Below are positions 39,801-53,888 of a stretch of DNA of 64,000 nucleotides, piece by piece (position 1 is the stretch's first letter; each line of letters begins with the position of its first letter). The notes beneath the pieces are model-generated. The model saw only the letters and a list, made by a program, of their open reading frames with translations, did no database searches and was not told the DNA's origin. Source of the stretch: Felis catus (Eukaryota); assembly GCF_018350175.1 (NCBI RefSeq), contig NC_058368.1, positions 55,058,001 through 55,122,000 on the forward strand, read 5' to 3'. Both the position numbers and the translations under genes were made by a program.

Positions 39801-40459
39801 AGTTTGAGAGAGAAACTAATTTTTCTATATGTTCCCTTAACTCAAAAGTGTAAGTTCTCCAGTCCTCACAAAATAGTGTTTAAAGGTTTATATTTTAAGT
39901 TTTACCTTAAATGGCATAAAATACTACCTGAAGCTTGTATTATCTTTGTCATTAACTACTAACTTTAAGAATTATTTGGATTAATTTATTAAAAATTTTG
40001 TTATACATCCAGTTTTGTGATATAAACTGACATATATATGTAGATACTTGCAACCACACATGCTTACATTACAAATACTGTTCATGATTCATATTTATAA
40101 ATAATCATATAATTGATACAGATTTGGATCTTCTGGTAAATAATTCATTTATTCATTTACATTTTTTATTAGCTCATATACTGTTTTAGTAACTTCAACA
40201 GTTAAATTACCAGTAGATTATGTTTATTCCAGAATAAACAAAAATACTTTTTTATAAATGAGCTGATACATGTATATTTTCTTATATCCTTTCTTGCATG
40301 AAAATTGCCATAATATAAATATTATTTTTGTATTTTTCCTTTTTTTCCCACTTAAAATATATTCTGGAAATAAACCCCATATATTTTCAGAGATTTTTCT
40401 TATTCCTTTTTTTGCATAATTTATTCAACCTTTCTCTTAAATATAGGTATTTAGACTGG

Positions 40460-40680
40460 TTTTTTTAAATTTTTTTTAACGTTTATTTATTTTTGAGACA
40501 GAGAGAGACAGAGCATGAACTGGGGAGGGTCAGAGAGAGAGGGAGACACAGAATTTGAAACAGGCTCCAGGCTCTGAGCGGGCAGCACAGAGCCCGACGC
40601 AGGGCTGGAACGCACAGACCGTTAGATCATGACCTGAGCCGAAGTCGGACGCTTAACCGACTGAGCCACCCAGGTGCCCC
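40460..40680 (-). mobile_element. Can-SINE
   Basis: Reverse head ccacccaggtgcccc; TSD tagactggtttt / tagactgttttt. Confidence 0.96.
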
Positions 40681-40835
40681 TAGACTGTTTTTAATATTTT
40701 ACAATCACATACAATACATTTAATAACCTTTTGCATGTATATGTTCGTATCATTCAGGTATATCTTCAGTATAGATTTTCTGAATGCATGTCCTGGGTAA
40801 AAGCTGAGTGCTAGTTTTTTCCATATCAGGACTGC

Positions 40836-40889
<54 letters not shown>

Positions 40890-40910
40890 CATACATACAT
40901 ACATACATAG
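40836..40910. repeat. (TAGA)n(TACA)n tetranucleotide STR
   Basis: Directly visible. Confidence 0.95.
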
Positions 40911-41044
40911 ACAGGTAGGAACAGGTAATGTATTAATTAATTAATGTAGAAATTAATGTAGATGTATATGTAGATGTGCATTAGTATATATACATATATT
41001 TATTATTTCACTCCATTGTATTGATTTTAACAATATTTTAACAA

Positions 41045-41660
41045 ATTTTGGATTTTGGCCATTCCAATAGGTGTGCGTGGTATCTCATTCTTGTTTTAAC
41101 TGGCAGTTCCTTAATGACATGCGATGTTGAGCACATTTTCACATGTTTATTTGCCATCTGTATATCTTCTTTAGTGAGGTGTCTGTACAGAGATCTTTGC
41201 CCATTTTTAAATAGAGTTGTTCATTTTCTTATTGTAGAGTTTTAAGTGTTGCATATTTTGGAATAGCCTTTTACTACATATGTCGTTGCAAATATTTTCT
41301 CCCAGTCTGTGTTGTCTTCTCACTCTCTTGACATTGTCTTTGACAGCAGACGTGGTTAATTTTCATCAAATTTAGCCTGTCAAATATTTCTTTCATGGTG
41401 TTGTATATAAAAAGGCATCTCCAATCCTGGTCATCTAGGTTTTCTCCTACATTATCTTCTAGTTTTATAGGTTTGCATTTTATAGTTAGGTCTGGGATGT
41501 GTTTTGAGTTAGTTTTTGTTAAGGGCAGGTCTGTGTCTACATTCATTCATTTTGCTGGTGAGTGACGAGTTGTCCCAGCACAATTTGTTCAAAAGACTGT
41601 CTTTGGTCCACTACCTTTGTTCTTTGTCAAATATCATTTGAATATGTTTTTGTGGGGTGC
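41045..41660 (-). mobile_element. L1 ORF2 C-terminal fragment
   Basis: ggtatctcattcttgttttaa...gatgttgagcacattttcacatgtttatttgccatctgtatatcttc. Confidence 0.88.
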
Positions 41661-42574
41661 TTCTTTTTCAAATTAGCATTTATCTATTTTATGAAAATGT
41701 GAAAATATCTGAAAAAATATAGTTCTTATAGTCAAGATGAAAATGAATTTTTTTTCTAGGAATTGGCAGTGTGAGAAATGAACAAACAAAAATCCTGTTG
41801 TTCACTGAACTTAAATCTAACACATTTAAATTTTCTAAAAAATTTTATTTCAGTATATCTAGATACCCTTCTGGAGATTAAAGATGTAGAAGATTACCAG
41901 AATTCTAGCTTCTGGGGAGAAGAAGGGTACCCAATCAATTGCTTTTTCATTTTTAGATTATTGTTATAGTATCGTTATCAATAATAGACAAGCTATTATG
42001 TCACCATACTATTAAAGAAGAAAAGCATTTAATCACTTCGCTGAGATTCTTGTACCTGCTTAATCACTATGCTAATCTATCACATTGTAAGCATGTATTA
42101 GCATATATTAAGAGCAATACAGCAAAATCAAACATTCACAATATGTCAAACATTTTGCAAAAAACTTGAAAAGCAAGACACTCATTTACTTCTTTAGAAA
42201 TGCTAATTAATCACGAACAGTGCTACAGAAAAAGTTATCTAAGAGCAAGCCTACTCACAGCAACAGCTTTGTCGGTTAGGAAAATGGCATTGTTCCAAAA
42301 AATCCTTTATATGAGCATTAAAGACAAAATGCAGCAAACTTCAATCTTAATTGGAAATATTGAAAAGAAACTTTGAAACCCAGAGGATGGGAATGAAAAA
42401 GAAACCAAAAAAATGATAAACAAGAAACACAGACACTTCAAAATAAATTCCTTTAGGAAAAAGGTTAAAATTACATTGTTGCTTCATAGAGAAATCTCAA
42501 TGGATAGTTTCTAATTTACATCTGAAAATAATGTTTTCTGATCACAAATGTCTAAAAATTTTAACAATAACTTC

Positions 42575-42788
42575 GGGTGCCTGGGTGGCTCAGTTGGTTG
42601 AACGTCCGACTTTGGCTCAGGTCACGATCTCACCGTTCATGAGTTTGAGCCCCTCACTGGTCTCTGTGCTAACAGCTCTGAGCCTGGAGCCTGCTTCAGA
42701 ATCTGTGTCTACCTCTCTGTCTGCCCCACCCTCACTCGTGCTCTGTCTCTCTCTCTCTCTCTCTCTCTCAAAAATAAATAAATGTCAA

Positions 42789-42822
<34 letters not shown>
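42575..42822 (+). mobile_element. Can-SINE with (AAAT)n tail
   Basis: TSD aataacttc. Confidence 0.95.
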
Positions 42823-42827
<5 letters not shown>

Positions 42828-45800
42828 CTTCAGAGTTCAAAATCACAGCAATAAAAGCAAAAAGGCTGTGGCCAGTGAGCTAATACTAAATGGTGCTGAT
42901 TTGTTTTCAGATTTACAGGACAAAATGTGGCCAAGAAAGTTTTCACTATTTTTGTATGCAAGAACTAAATTACTAATTAAATGAAATTATGGAAGAATGA
43001 AATTATGCATATGTTAAATATGTGTTATTTAACAGTACACTCCAAATTTGGAACTCTTTAAAGCTCTATTGCTATTTTTCACATTTTTAATATTTAAGAG
43101 ATATACAAAGTCTAAACAATCAGTTCTATATATTTCAACCTGTGTTACTTAAAATAATGCTATGTGCTGTCATTGAAGTACAGATAAACAAGCCACTATT
43201 ATTTATTGAAAAAGCAATAATTATTGATGGATTTGGAAATCATGGAAATCTCTCCTCCCAGTTCAGCTGTCTCAATTTATCTATGAAGAAACTGAACATC
43301 AGAAAGATGAATTGACTTGTCTAATTTTGAATTGAAAGCTAGTAAAAGCCACAGCTTTGCCTCATATATATTAAAGGTAATTCCACTTGATGATCTCATT
43401 TTTGTTCCAAATATTACTTTGTGATATTCTTGTTGAAAATCTGAACACATGCCTCTCTCCTGGAAGCAATGTTGAATATGACAATATGCTCTGTGACCAG
43501 CATTACCAAAGTCTGTATGAGCTATATAATGTATTTGTTCAAGGCTAACTTCTTGGTTCCTATAGTAGAAGTCCCTTCTGTACCCAAAGGAAAAGATATA
43601 TATATACATTTCCCTTTTTAAAATTTTCTTAGGATTTGTATTATATGTTTGGATTAGTGGGACTTCTTTATTTTGCATATATCCCGTTAAGCACAACTAT
43701 AAAGGAGTATGCCTTCCTTCCTCCTTTCTGGCCATACTCCCTCTCATATTTTTATTTCCTTCCCTCTAGGCTGTCAGCAACTTCATGCACTTTCTTTAAG
43801 CCATCATTTGTTATTTTTCTTTCTATCAATTATATTGTGAATGATTTAAGTCGACTAAGTTCATAGAGAAATGAACTTAATCAATTCTCTGTCCCAATAT
43901 CCCATTACAGAATATATATATTGAATTAAAATATGACTATAATCCCAGTGGAGTTCCTTCCATATACTATGATAAAATGTATTACAAATGAATGATTCTG
44001 GCTTTTAAACTACAGAATTATTTTCAATGGACGGGTTTATCATAAATCATCTATAAAGTACTGGTCATGTCTTTAGTTCCATATTGCTTGGCCCTTAGCA
44101 TCCAAACCCCAGGTCCTGTTTAAGATGAATACTCCGGTTGGAATTCAAGACTCGTTTGTTGTGCTGGGGTAGTGGTTTCTTTGCAGGGGAGCTGGACTGC
44201 CCCAGTAAGACTCTATAAATGTAGTAAAGGAACTGGTCTATTCACTTGAAGCCAAAGACTGTTTCCAGCTGATAAGTTTGATTGCTCTCTTTTAGTCAAT
44301 GCAAAAGCCCTGAAGGGGAATTGCTTTAGATTCCTTTTTAGACCCTAAGCCAACTCTGCAAAGCTCCAAGAAGACTAAACAAATTAAAAGACTTGGGGAG
44401 TGATTTTAAAGTGAAAGCAAAATGGTTTAGGGTAACATGAATAATACATTATGTAAGCAGGAAAAAAAAAAACAAAGATGGACTCAATCAAGCTCTATGA
44501 AAAAGACAAAAATAATCTCTCTGAAGCAATCAACTTAAATATATGAAGAATATTACAGCACATTTAAATTGTTTTCTTGCTCTAACTCTAAAATTTTGTA
44601 ATGACCATCTTATTTTTCACAAACAAAACTGAAAAGATCATGCCTATTTTGCTCAATTGAATGAATAGTCCTTTTAAACTTGTAACGCAGAATTGGATCA
44701 TTCTGTACTGGAAATGATGTTACTGCAACATGGCACTCCAAGCCATCTGCAATCATGTGAATTATTCCAGTGGCATTTAAGATAGGAACAGCTAATTGTA
44801 AGACTGATGAATAATAAGTAAATAGTGGTTTCCTAATTATTTTAAATTATAAGTTTTCAAATATTCAGAGCTATGTTTATTAAAGAATAAAGGAGAGAAA
44901 TCAATTCTATATCAACATTGAAAACTCACCTAAACAGATTATGAGCTTTTAAATATTAAATTATTTCAGTTTTTCTGGTTATCTCGAAGAATAAATGCCA
45001 TAAAATACACCTTTTCAGATGTAGCATTTTACTATACTGTTAATTTTTATAAATCTGATACAAGGATGGCAGTAATATTAATCTATTTTCTCTCACAATA
45101 TATAAAATATTTCCAACTTGAAGATTCCTTTTCCTCTCCAACACATTATTGGATAGAAAAAGAAGTAAGTTTCTCTCCACAAAATTAAACAAGTGGTATA
45201 CGGATACATTCTAAAAAGAGGTGGAATTTGAAGGGAGATGGAAAGAGGAACTAGTATTGACCTCATTGTAATTGGTGTTAGGAGGCAACTGAAAAAAAAT
45301 GTAACAGAAAAAGAGTGAAATCAAATTGTTGTTTATCTCTGAATGAAGGAAAAGGTAATGAATGGCAGTAAAGACAAACAACAGCTGAAGAACTGGCTAA
45401 GACTTAACCATATCAGAGCTTGAGAATCAAAAAGGCTGAAATACAGGGAGGGGGGCGGGGAAACAAAACCAAATAACTTTTTAAGTAATTGCTTCCATGG
45501 GAAGCCACTGACTTTACAAGAATGTTGCAACTTAAAAAAGGAGCTAGAGTAATTCCCAACTTTCAAGTATCACTCATGTTGTTGTTACTTTTTGTCAAAT
45601 AAACTTATTATTATAAATGTGTCTTATTGGGAACAATATTCTGAAAATAACTAAAATGATTTTATCATTTGCCTTTTTAAGCATAAAGTGCACCCACAAA
45701 TCTTGCTAAAGATATTTTATGACTATAAGGAAATTAGCATTGGCTACCAAAGGAAATAAAAGGTAAATTGAAGATAATAACACTTTTTTGGTGTATAAAG

Positions 45801-46438
45801 TGGGGTTATAAAGCTAGACAGTAGCATTTAGAACCAGGTATGTAGGAAGATCATTTTTTCTATTTATTTTTTCTTCCATTTAAGTGAATCAAAGCTCAAA
45901 ACAGGAAGCCTCAGTTCATAGTGTTCTCTTGAAATACAGAGAAAAATTTATTGTATCTATGACAGTCCTATGAAGCTGTGGCCAAGATATTTAAGGAATA
46001 GTGGGCCTGAAAGAATAACTCCCCTATTTAGGGGAGCATAGAGGATTATGGGAAGGAGGCAAAGGCAATCAAATGGGAAGAGTTTTTCCTCTCTCTGGCC
46101 TTTGACCCATTGAAGAGGAAGTGGTTTAGCAATAGAGGTTACCAAAAAGGGCCAACTAAGGGCTCTGACACATTAGGGATACTGCAGAGAGGCTGCTGTG
46201 CAGAATATTTCACACTGACTTCAGGTTGAGTCATATCAAAGTACATCTGGTAGTACTACATGCTCAGGCAGAGGGAAGTCTCTGAGGTCTTATTTCTGCC
46301 TTTACTTCTCACGTGTTGATGGCTGGATTCAGATATTGCTGGGAATCTGCATAGGGAGTTTGCCTTAGAAAAGCTAGTTAGGTCTGTCATGTACCTACAG
46401 GGCAGACTACCAAAAATGTTCCTCTAAAGCACATTATA

Positions 46439-46650
46439 GGGGCGCCTGGGTGGCTTAGTCCCGTATGCATCTGACTTTGGCTCAGGTCATGATCCCACGG
46501 TTCATGGGCTCACTGCTGTCAGCCTGTCAATGCAGAGCCTGGAACTTGCTTCAGATTCTGTGTCTTCCTCTCTCTCTTTCCCCCTCCCCTATCCGTGCTC
46601 TGTCTCTCTTTCTGTCTCTCAAAAATGAATAAACCCTAAAAATTCTTTTT
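46439..46650 (+). mobile_element. Can-SINE
   Basis: TSD cacattatag. Confidence 0.93.
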
Positions 46651-47416
46651 AAATCACATTATAGAATTGTTTTATATATGTACTGTGATTATGTTGTTTA
46701 CTATTTAGTTTCTATGATATAAACAAGATAATATTGAATCATTCCTGAAAAAAAAAAACACTTGGTATAGTGCCTAATATGTCTAAAAGCATTTTATCTA
46801 TATTCCTTAACATTTCACAAGAGTCCCACAAGAAAGTGAAGTGTTACTCTTAGTATTGTCTTAAAGCCTCCATGATGTCTATGCCATCACCAAAAACATC
46901 AATAGCAAACTGGGAAATCTACTAGATTGCCACTGGCATATGCATTGTACCACCTATCAATTCTTTGAGCCCAACATCTAAAAATCTTGATTTGCTGACC
47001 ACCAGTCTCAAAACACTGGGCTTATAGTCGTCTCCAGTCATTAATCTTTTTTTCTTCATTTTATTTTCATAGAAATATTCCTCATTAAATGTCTGATTGA
47101 ATGCAACATCCAGGAAATATTTTCTATTACTGAGGTTCATCAGATGATTCAAATAGTCCTTCAACAACAGAAATCTGAAAAAAAACTAAGTAAATACATT
47201 TTCCTAAGTTGTTCAATGGGAAACTTGGTTTCTTTTGAACAAGAGGGAAGACTGACCAAGACAATTTTTCCTTGCCAAATCTAAGATGAGAAAAGCCTTC
47301 TCTTGAAGCTAGCAACTTCATCGTTCTGTTCATGGATCACACAGTGATCTTAATATGAGTAATGCTTTTTATGTTTCAACTGTTTGTTTTCAAGACATAT
47401 GTTTTTACACATAATA

Positions 47417-48754
47417 TGTATTTTGCAATTGTAAGAAATATAAATTGTTAAGTAATTTCAATTCAGCAACTTCCGGATATATGTGTTGCTGTTTGAAAAT
47501 CGTTTTTATGCGATACTTAATAAATCGCTTAGATCTTGTGATAGTAAATCTTTCCATAGGAGAGTATTTATCAGTTTTAGAATAGTAAATAAAACAAATA
47601 AAACAAATAAAACAAATTATAATTTTTAAATTATTTATAAAAATAGAATATCTTTCCAATATTCATAGTAACAATACTTCTTGTTTTAAGTTACAAAAGA
47701 AGGGCGCCTGGGTGGCTCAGTCGGCTGAGCATCTGACTTCGGCTCAGGTCATGATCTCACGGTCTCTGAGTTTGAGCCCCGCGTCGGGCTCTGTGCTGAC
47801 AACTCAGAGCCTGGAGCCTGCTTGGGATTCTGTGTCTCCCTCTCTCTCTGACCCTCCCCCGCTCATGCTCTGTCTCTCTCTCTGTCAAAAATAAATAAAC
47901 ATTAAAAAAATTAAAAAAAAAAGAAGTGCATCTCATGTCTAGTAACTTCTCTTGGGTAACAAAACATATTTGACATTATATGCCAAGTTCAGATAATAAG
48001 AGGAAAGAAAATGCCTTTCAATCCTTTTTTTGATATAAGTATATCAGGGATTGATTCATCACAAAAAATTATTTTATGGGCATATTTTTGGGAGATATAC
48101 CTAGGCTTACCCCTTTAAAACTATTGAATATCTTTATATTGCTTATTCAGATATGAAGCATTACCTTTATATATAGACCTGAAAAGCCCCAAAATGTCCT
48201 CTGGGATAACCTGTAGATACACATAGCTCTCAGATGTTACTCTTTTCCCATGATTTATTGCGCATATGATTATCTTAGTCCCCACTCCCTTCTAAAAATT
48301 AAATCTAACCTTACTTCTTTCTTCCCTAAGTTTCATACTGTTAATTGCATGCTTTAAAAAGAAATTGTGTACCTGGATGATCATATGGGTCTGACACAGT
48401 TAAAAGCCTTTGGTCCGGAGGAATATTTTAATTCATCTCAGAAGAGTTTTGAAGTGTTATATGAATGTGATTAACTGATGAACTGAGGTAAGAAGAGTGA
48501 TTATGTCAAAACACCAGAGTCCTATCTCAAGCTTTTTCCTGATCATTTAACACAGCATCTTAGTACCTCCAATACTCTAGCAACACAAGCAACCCTATAT
48601 AGAACTGTATTTTGCAATTGTAAGAAATATAAATTGTTAAGTAATTTCAATTCAGCAACTTCCGGATATATGTGTTGCTGTTTGAAAATCGTTTTTATGC
48701 GATACTTAATAAATCACTTAGATCTTGTGATAGTAAATCTTTCCATAGGAGAGT
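47417..48754. repeat. 149-bp direct repeat, copies at 47417-47565 and 48606-48754
   Basis: 148/149 identical by manual comparison; single G/A difference at 47527/48716. Confidence 0.95.
47702..47921 (+). mobile_element. Can-SINE
   Basis: Near-consensus body and A tail. Confidence 0.96.
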
Positions 48755-49346
48755 GACAAAGGATGAAGGTAGCAGGTGTGAGCCACTTTCAATTTGGATT
48801 TGATTGCTACTCAAGCTACTTAAGAATCAAGAAACTGAATTTTATATCTGTGTACCTTCTGTATATAATGAAGCTAATTATTCTAAAAATAATTGAGCTG
48901 ACATTTCTGTGGTAATACCATCAAACCTGATTGTCATAATCTTTGAAAAGAAAAGGTTGAAGTTTAAATGATTATTTCTTATTTATAGTACAATAATTTA
49001 GCAGAGCCTGGAAATTACTTTGTAGGATTAGAATAGATGTTAATCAAATCCAAATAAGATGTGAGAAAATAATTGGAGTTTAGGGTGCAGGTTTAATTAA
49101 GGGGTGCTTAAGAACCTGCATAACCCATTTATTTATGTAGAAAACACACATAATAACCTTTAAGGAATATTTGATAGCAAATGTATGGCATTCAGAAAAT
49201 CCTGTGGGTATTACAGACACTCAACAATCATCTAACAAAAACTAAGGAATTATACTTATTTCTTTCCAAAGGTGGAAAATAGGAAATATTATATACTGAA
49301 TGTTAATTATGCAAGTTAAATATGTACAAAAAGCACAGATTGAAAA

Positions 49347-49796
49347 GCAGTGTTTCTCAAAATGTGGTCACTAGACACATTTGATTATGAATAATATCTG
49401 ATTATGAATAATATCTGTGCTTATTTAAGAGGCAGATGGATGAATCTCATCAGAATACTCATGAGTAGAATCTGAGATCTGGATCTTAATTTTCTTTTTT
49501 TTTTTTTTAATTTTTTAGATATTTAATTTATATTTGACAGAGAAAGAGAGAGCAAGCGCACATGCACACACATGCACAAGCGGGGAAAGGGCAAAGAAAG
49601 AGGGAGACACAGAATCTGAAGCAGACTCCAGGCTCTGAGCTGTCAGCACAGAGTCCAATGCAGGGTTTGAACTCACCAACTTTGAGATCATGATCTGAGC
49701 CAAAGTCAGACGCTCAAACGACTGACCCGCCCAGGTGCCCCAAGGATCATAGTTTTCAAGGGCCCCATTGTATGAACACTAACATTCGAGAATCAC
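49347..49796. mobile_element. MER5-like hAT relic split by a SINE
   Basis: gcagtgtttctcaaaatgtggtc start; cactaacattcgagaatcac end. Confidence 0.55.
49490..49741 (-). mobile_element. Can-SINE
   Basis: agacacagaatctgaagcagactccaggctctgagc...ccaggtgcccc. Confidence 0.94.
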
Positions 49797-50939
49797 AGAG
49801 GAAAGATGTAGCTAAAATTTGAAATTATCCCATTGTGAGTCCCAGTTAGGTTTGTTACATAGTAGTGCATAAACTTTAGTCAATTTCTTATTCATAAGTA
49901 ACATGGAGAACTTAACAATATAGATGCTTATCTATCTCACAGGGATTGTTTGAAGAATAAAAACAATTCATTTTCAATTGTTATCTGCATTACATGTTAT
50001 TTGCTGTTTGAACAATTTTTAAGATTGCAAATGATACAAAAAATAAATATTATATAGTATACATGTAATATTATATATATTTATAAATGTTTATAATATA
50101 TATGTTAGAAAAATAAACCATTTGGGGTATGCATAACTTCTATAAGAATCTTGTTCTTGGTGTCATTGTTACTATAATCTTGGATGTTGGTAAAACATTT
50201 TCTAATATCTCTATACCCTTCATCTGTCACCATTCCCAAAACATTTTAATGATTATGATTCACTACTAAGTGATAAGCTTAGAAATAAGAAGTAATTATT
50301 CCATATATATGGTCTTCAATAATAAATTATTGATTGATAGTTTTATTTGCCTTGATTGATAATTTTATTGGCCTTTTCCTTGATATCCAAGTACTAGATC
50401 AGAACATTTTAGCTTTTAGGACAAGAAATTATTTATTCTCTATTCTCAGAGCAGGTTTTTTTTTTTTGGAAATTCTATGTATATGACTTGAAAAAGCAAA
50501 TTCAGGTATTAGAAATAATAACTAAAAACAACAAATAAGTCCATTTGAATGAAGTAACATTTAACACATACAATAAATCATTATGGTAAATGTTAAGGAG
50601 CAAAACTGGACTAAAATCATATACAGTAGTCAGAACATAAGTGGACAAACTCACATTTTAGTTGTTACTGGTGCAAAACATTAAAGAGTAATAAATTTAA
50701 GGCATTCCAAAAATATGTCTCTACACTTAAGAAAAGCAAATTTTTAACAGATGTTAAACACATCAAGAAATACAGAAAAGCATGAAATGAGTATAATAGA
50801 AATTAGCATGTACCTATTGTTACAGAAATGTCTCCTTTATTTTTAAGCCATTGGTTGTGTGTACATATGTAATTATTAATTTATTCATTTTATAGACATC
50901 TTCTTAGTTATTCTCCAAGTACTTTAAAAGTATTAACTC

Positions 50940-51492
50940 ATTGAAAAGATGCTCAACATCACTAATTATCAGGGAAATGCAAATCAAAACCACAGTGTGA
51001 TTAAACCTCATACCAGTCACAATGGCTAGTATAAAAAAGACAAGAAATAACAGGTGTTGGTGAGGATGTGGAGAAAAGGAAACCCTCATGCACAGTTGCT
51101 AAGTGAAATAAGTCAGACAGAGAAAGACAAATACCATATGATATCATTTGTATGTGGGATTTCTGAAAGCAAACCGAACAAACAAACAAAAAACAGACTT
51201 TTAAATACAGAGGACAAAATGGTGGTTACCAGAGGAAAGGTGGGTGTGCAAAATAAGTGAAGATACTTAAGAGGTACAGACTTCCAGTTATAAAATAAAT
51301 AAATTACAGAAACGAAAAGTACAGCATGGGGAATGTAGCCGATAATATTGTAATAACATTCTATGGTGACAGATGGTAACTACACTTACCATGGTGAGTA
51401 ATGTATAGAATTGTTGAGTCAATGTGTTATACACCTAAAAGTAATACAGCTAAAAGTAATATAGCACTATATATTAATTATACTTCAATAAA
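50940..51492 (+). mobile_element. L1 3' end with internal deletion
   Basis: aaaagatgctcaacatcactaattatcagggaaatgcaaatcaaaaccaca...ctaagtgaaataagtcagacagagaaagacaaatacc...cttcaataaaa. Confidence 0.9.
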
Positions 51493-53046
51493 AATATGTC
51501 ATTGCCACTACAAGAAGAACATTTTTATTCTCCATAGGCCATTTTTGGTTTATGTAATTGGAATAAACTTTTATCTACAAAAACATAAAGGTATTGTATA
51601 GTTGTAGCTAACACCTGCAGATCATATATTTTTGTGGGTTTAGACATTTAAGAAATTAACTCATTTAGTCCTCATTAAAGTATTTAAAGAGAATAATCCC
51701 ACAAATATATATTTATATATGTTTATTTATATTTATTATATATGGAGAGGAATATATACATTATATTGTTATATATATTATATTATATATATTGTTGATA
51801 ACTTCAAAGAACCAACTTTTGGATTTGTTATGTTTCCTACGATTTGCCTGTTTATAGGCAAAATCATATTATTGATTTCTCTGCTTATTTTTCCCATATC
51901 ACTTAAAATAAATGATATTTTTTAATATGGGAAATTATGATATTCCATATCACTTATTTTTTCCATATCACTTAAGTTTGTATACATATACTTAAGTAAG
52001 TAGTGAGAGAGAGAGAGAGAGAGAGAGACAGGGAGAGAGAGAGAGGATTATGGCAATAAATTCAACAGTTTATACTAAATGAACAAATATCATAAAAATA
52101 TAACTTCTCAGAATTGACCCAAGATCACTATAAAACATTTTTCTAGTTCAATATCTATTGGAAGACTGAATTTGTTTTCAAAAGCTTTACTTTAAATAAG
52201 AGCCCAGAATACCAATCCCACACAATTTTCAAAAGTTGAGGAGGAAGAAACACTTTCTAACTGGTTTTTATAAAGAAGAAAAATGTATGATCAGTTTAAT
52301 AGATGCTGGAAAAGCATTTGAGAAAGTCAACTACCAAAATTCAGCAAATTAAAAATGGAGAAGAGACTCCTCCTTAAAGGGCAAGTACAAACACACCTAT
52401 GTGGAACTTTGTGCCCCTAGTCCTCCACCCTGTAGGTAAGACATTGACTCATGATATGAGTAAGCTCTTCCACAAATCTTCATTGACTATTGTTCTGTGC
52501 CCTCTGGATCTGCCACCCTCTGTGAGGATCTTATTCATGATTCTCAATGGCCAGATCTGAGCTGGAGATGCACAGATTAAATACTCTATCCTAGAAGACT
52601 TATTTTAAGACCAAACAGGCTTCTCTGTTTTCTGAGTAATTGGGCCTGAGTATGTTTAAATTTGGAAAATGCCACCAAAATTGCCACTGGGCAAGGAAGG
52701 AACTGAAGGGGATTCCTGAAGCCTTATTTGTACGAAATATAATAAGAATGGGGAAACGCTGCTTTCACAGGCACTTGTTTCTCTGGAAACCAGTTTCTAC
52801 ATAAAGATCTACCAAGATGATTTATCCATCTGCTGTCAAAAAACATTTCATCTTGATATTTGTAGCAAAGGGCATATGCCTCCCTTTATATTTTAGGTAT
52901 AAAATAATTACAACTTTCTATGAACTCTTCAACTATATTTCAAAGTTCAGTGTCTCCTTCTACAAAAATTTATCCAATAATGTAGGTTAAATATCTTGAA
53001 CATATATCTACATATATTGGTAGGATTAAAATACCTAATAAAAGAT

Positions 53047-53260
53047 GGGGTGCCTGGGTGGCTCAGTCGGTTAAGCGTCCAACTTCGACTCAGGTCATGA
53101 TTTCACGGTCTGTGAGTTTGAGCCCCATATCGGGCTCTGTGCTGACAGCTCGGGGCCTGGAGCCTGCTTCAGATTCTGTGTCTCCCTCTCTCTGCCCTTA
53201 CCTCACTCACGTTCTGCACACTCCCCCCCACAAAAATAAATAAACATTAAAATAATTTTA
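53047..53260 (+). mobile_element. Can-SINE
   Basis: Typical head, body and AATAAA tail. Confidence 0.95.
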
Positions 53261-53289
53261 AACAAAAACATCTAATGGAAGAAAATTTG

Positions 53290-53888
53290 AGATTCATTGA
53301 ATTAGACTTGTTTCTGAGAGACCAACTATACAAATGGTTGATAGCCATTCCATATATGAAAATAGCACTCTGAGCCACACAACTGGCCCATACTCTACAG
53401 CCCAGGAAGCTAAACCACAACCTGTGTAGCACTGTGGCAGTTGGCCCGAGTGGTTCAGAACTTCATCCCTAACTGCCAGCTTTCCTAATTTTTGTTCCCC
53501 TTCTCACTCCCACTTCCAACCAAGAAGTGCTCACCACAGAAAGACAAACACTCTCCTAACCAATTACATAGTATGCCTCACTTTTAGCTAGGACATCTCC
53601 TGGAATAACACAGGGAATAATAATATGGGGAATAATATTAGGAAGCTAATAATACTGGGAAACAATATACCGATAATATTGGCTTCTTCATGCCAATAAC
53701 CACCAGACACGGCATACCTGAAATCCTTCTTTTTTTTTTTTTTCCCACTATAAAGCAGTCCTACACTTCTGCCTGCCTTTGAGTCTGTGCCAAACACATG
53801 TGATGGTGGATGGCTTCTTATCTGTCATGGCAAGTTCTGCATGAATAGCCTTTGTTTTCATTTGGGTGGCATTCATTTATTTCTCTCA
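53290..53888 (+). mobile_element. Old solo LTR (ERV-type)
   Basis: TATA-like ctataaag followed by ttctgcctgcctttgagtctgtgccaaa; LTR-like organisation; subfamily not assigned. Confidence 0.55.

Noticed and set aside
43277..43696. 139-aa minus-strand ORF
   Set aside because: No recognisable protein; its end overlaps a MIR-like relic (tatgaagaaactgaacatcagaaagatgaattgacttgtc); no convincing exon boundaries.
47127..47175. Possible terminal exon ISVVEGLFESSDEPQ* after tttttttcag on the minus strand
   Set aside because: Too short, unrecognised, and with no supported upstream exons.
49382..49417. Short duplications (17-mer here; similar at 2213-2268, 34388-34427 and 51893-51974)
   Set aside because: Ordinary slippage duplications; no spacer-repeat array, so not CRISPR-like.
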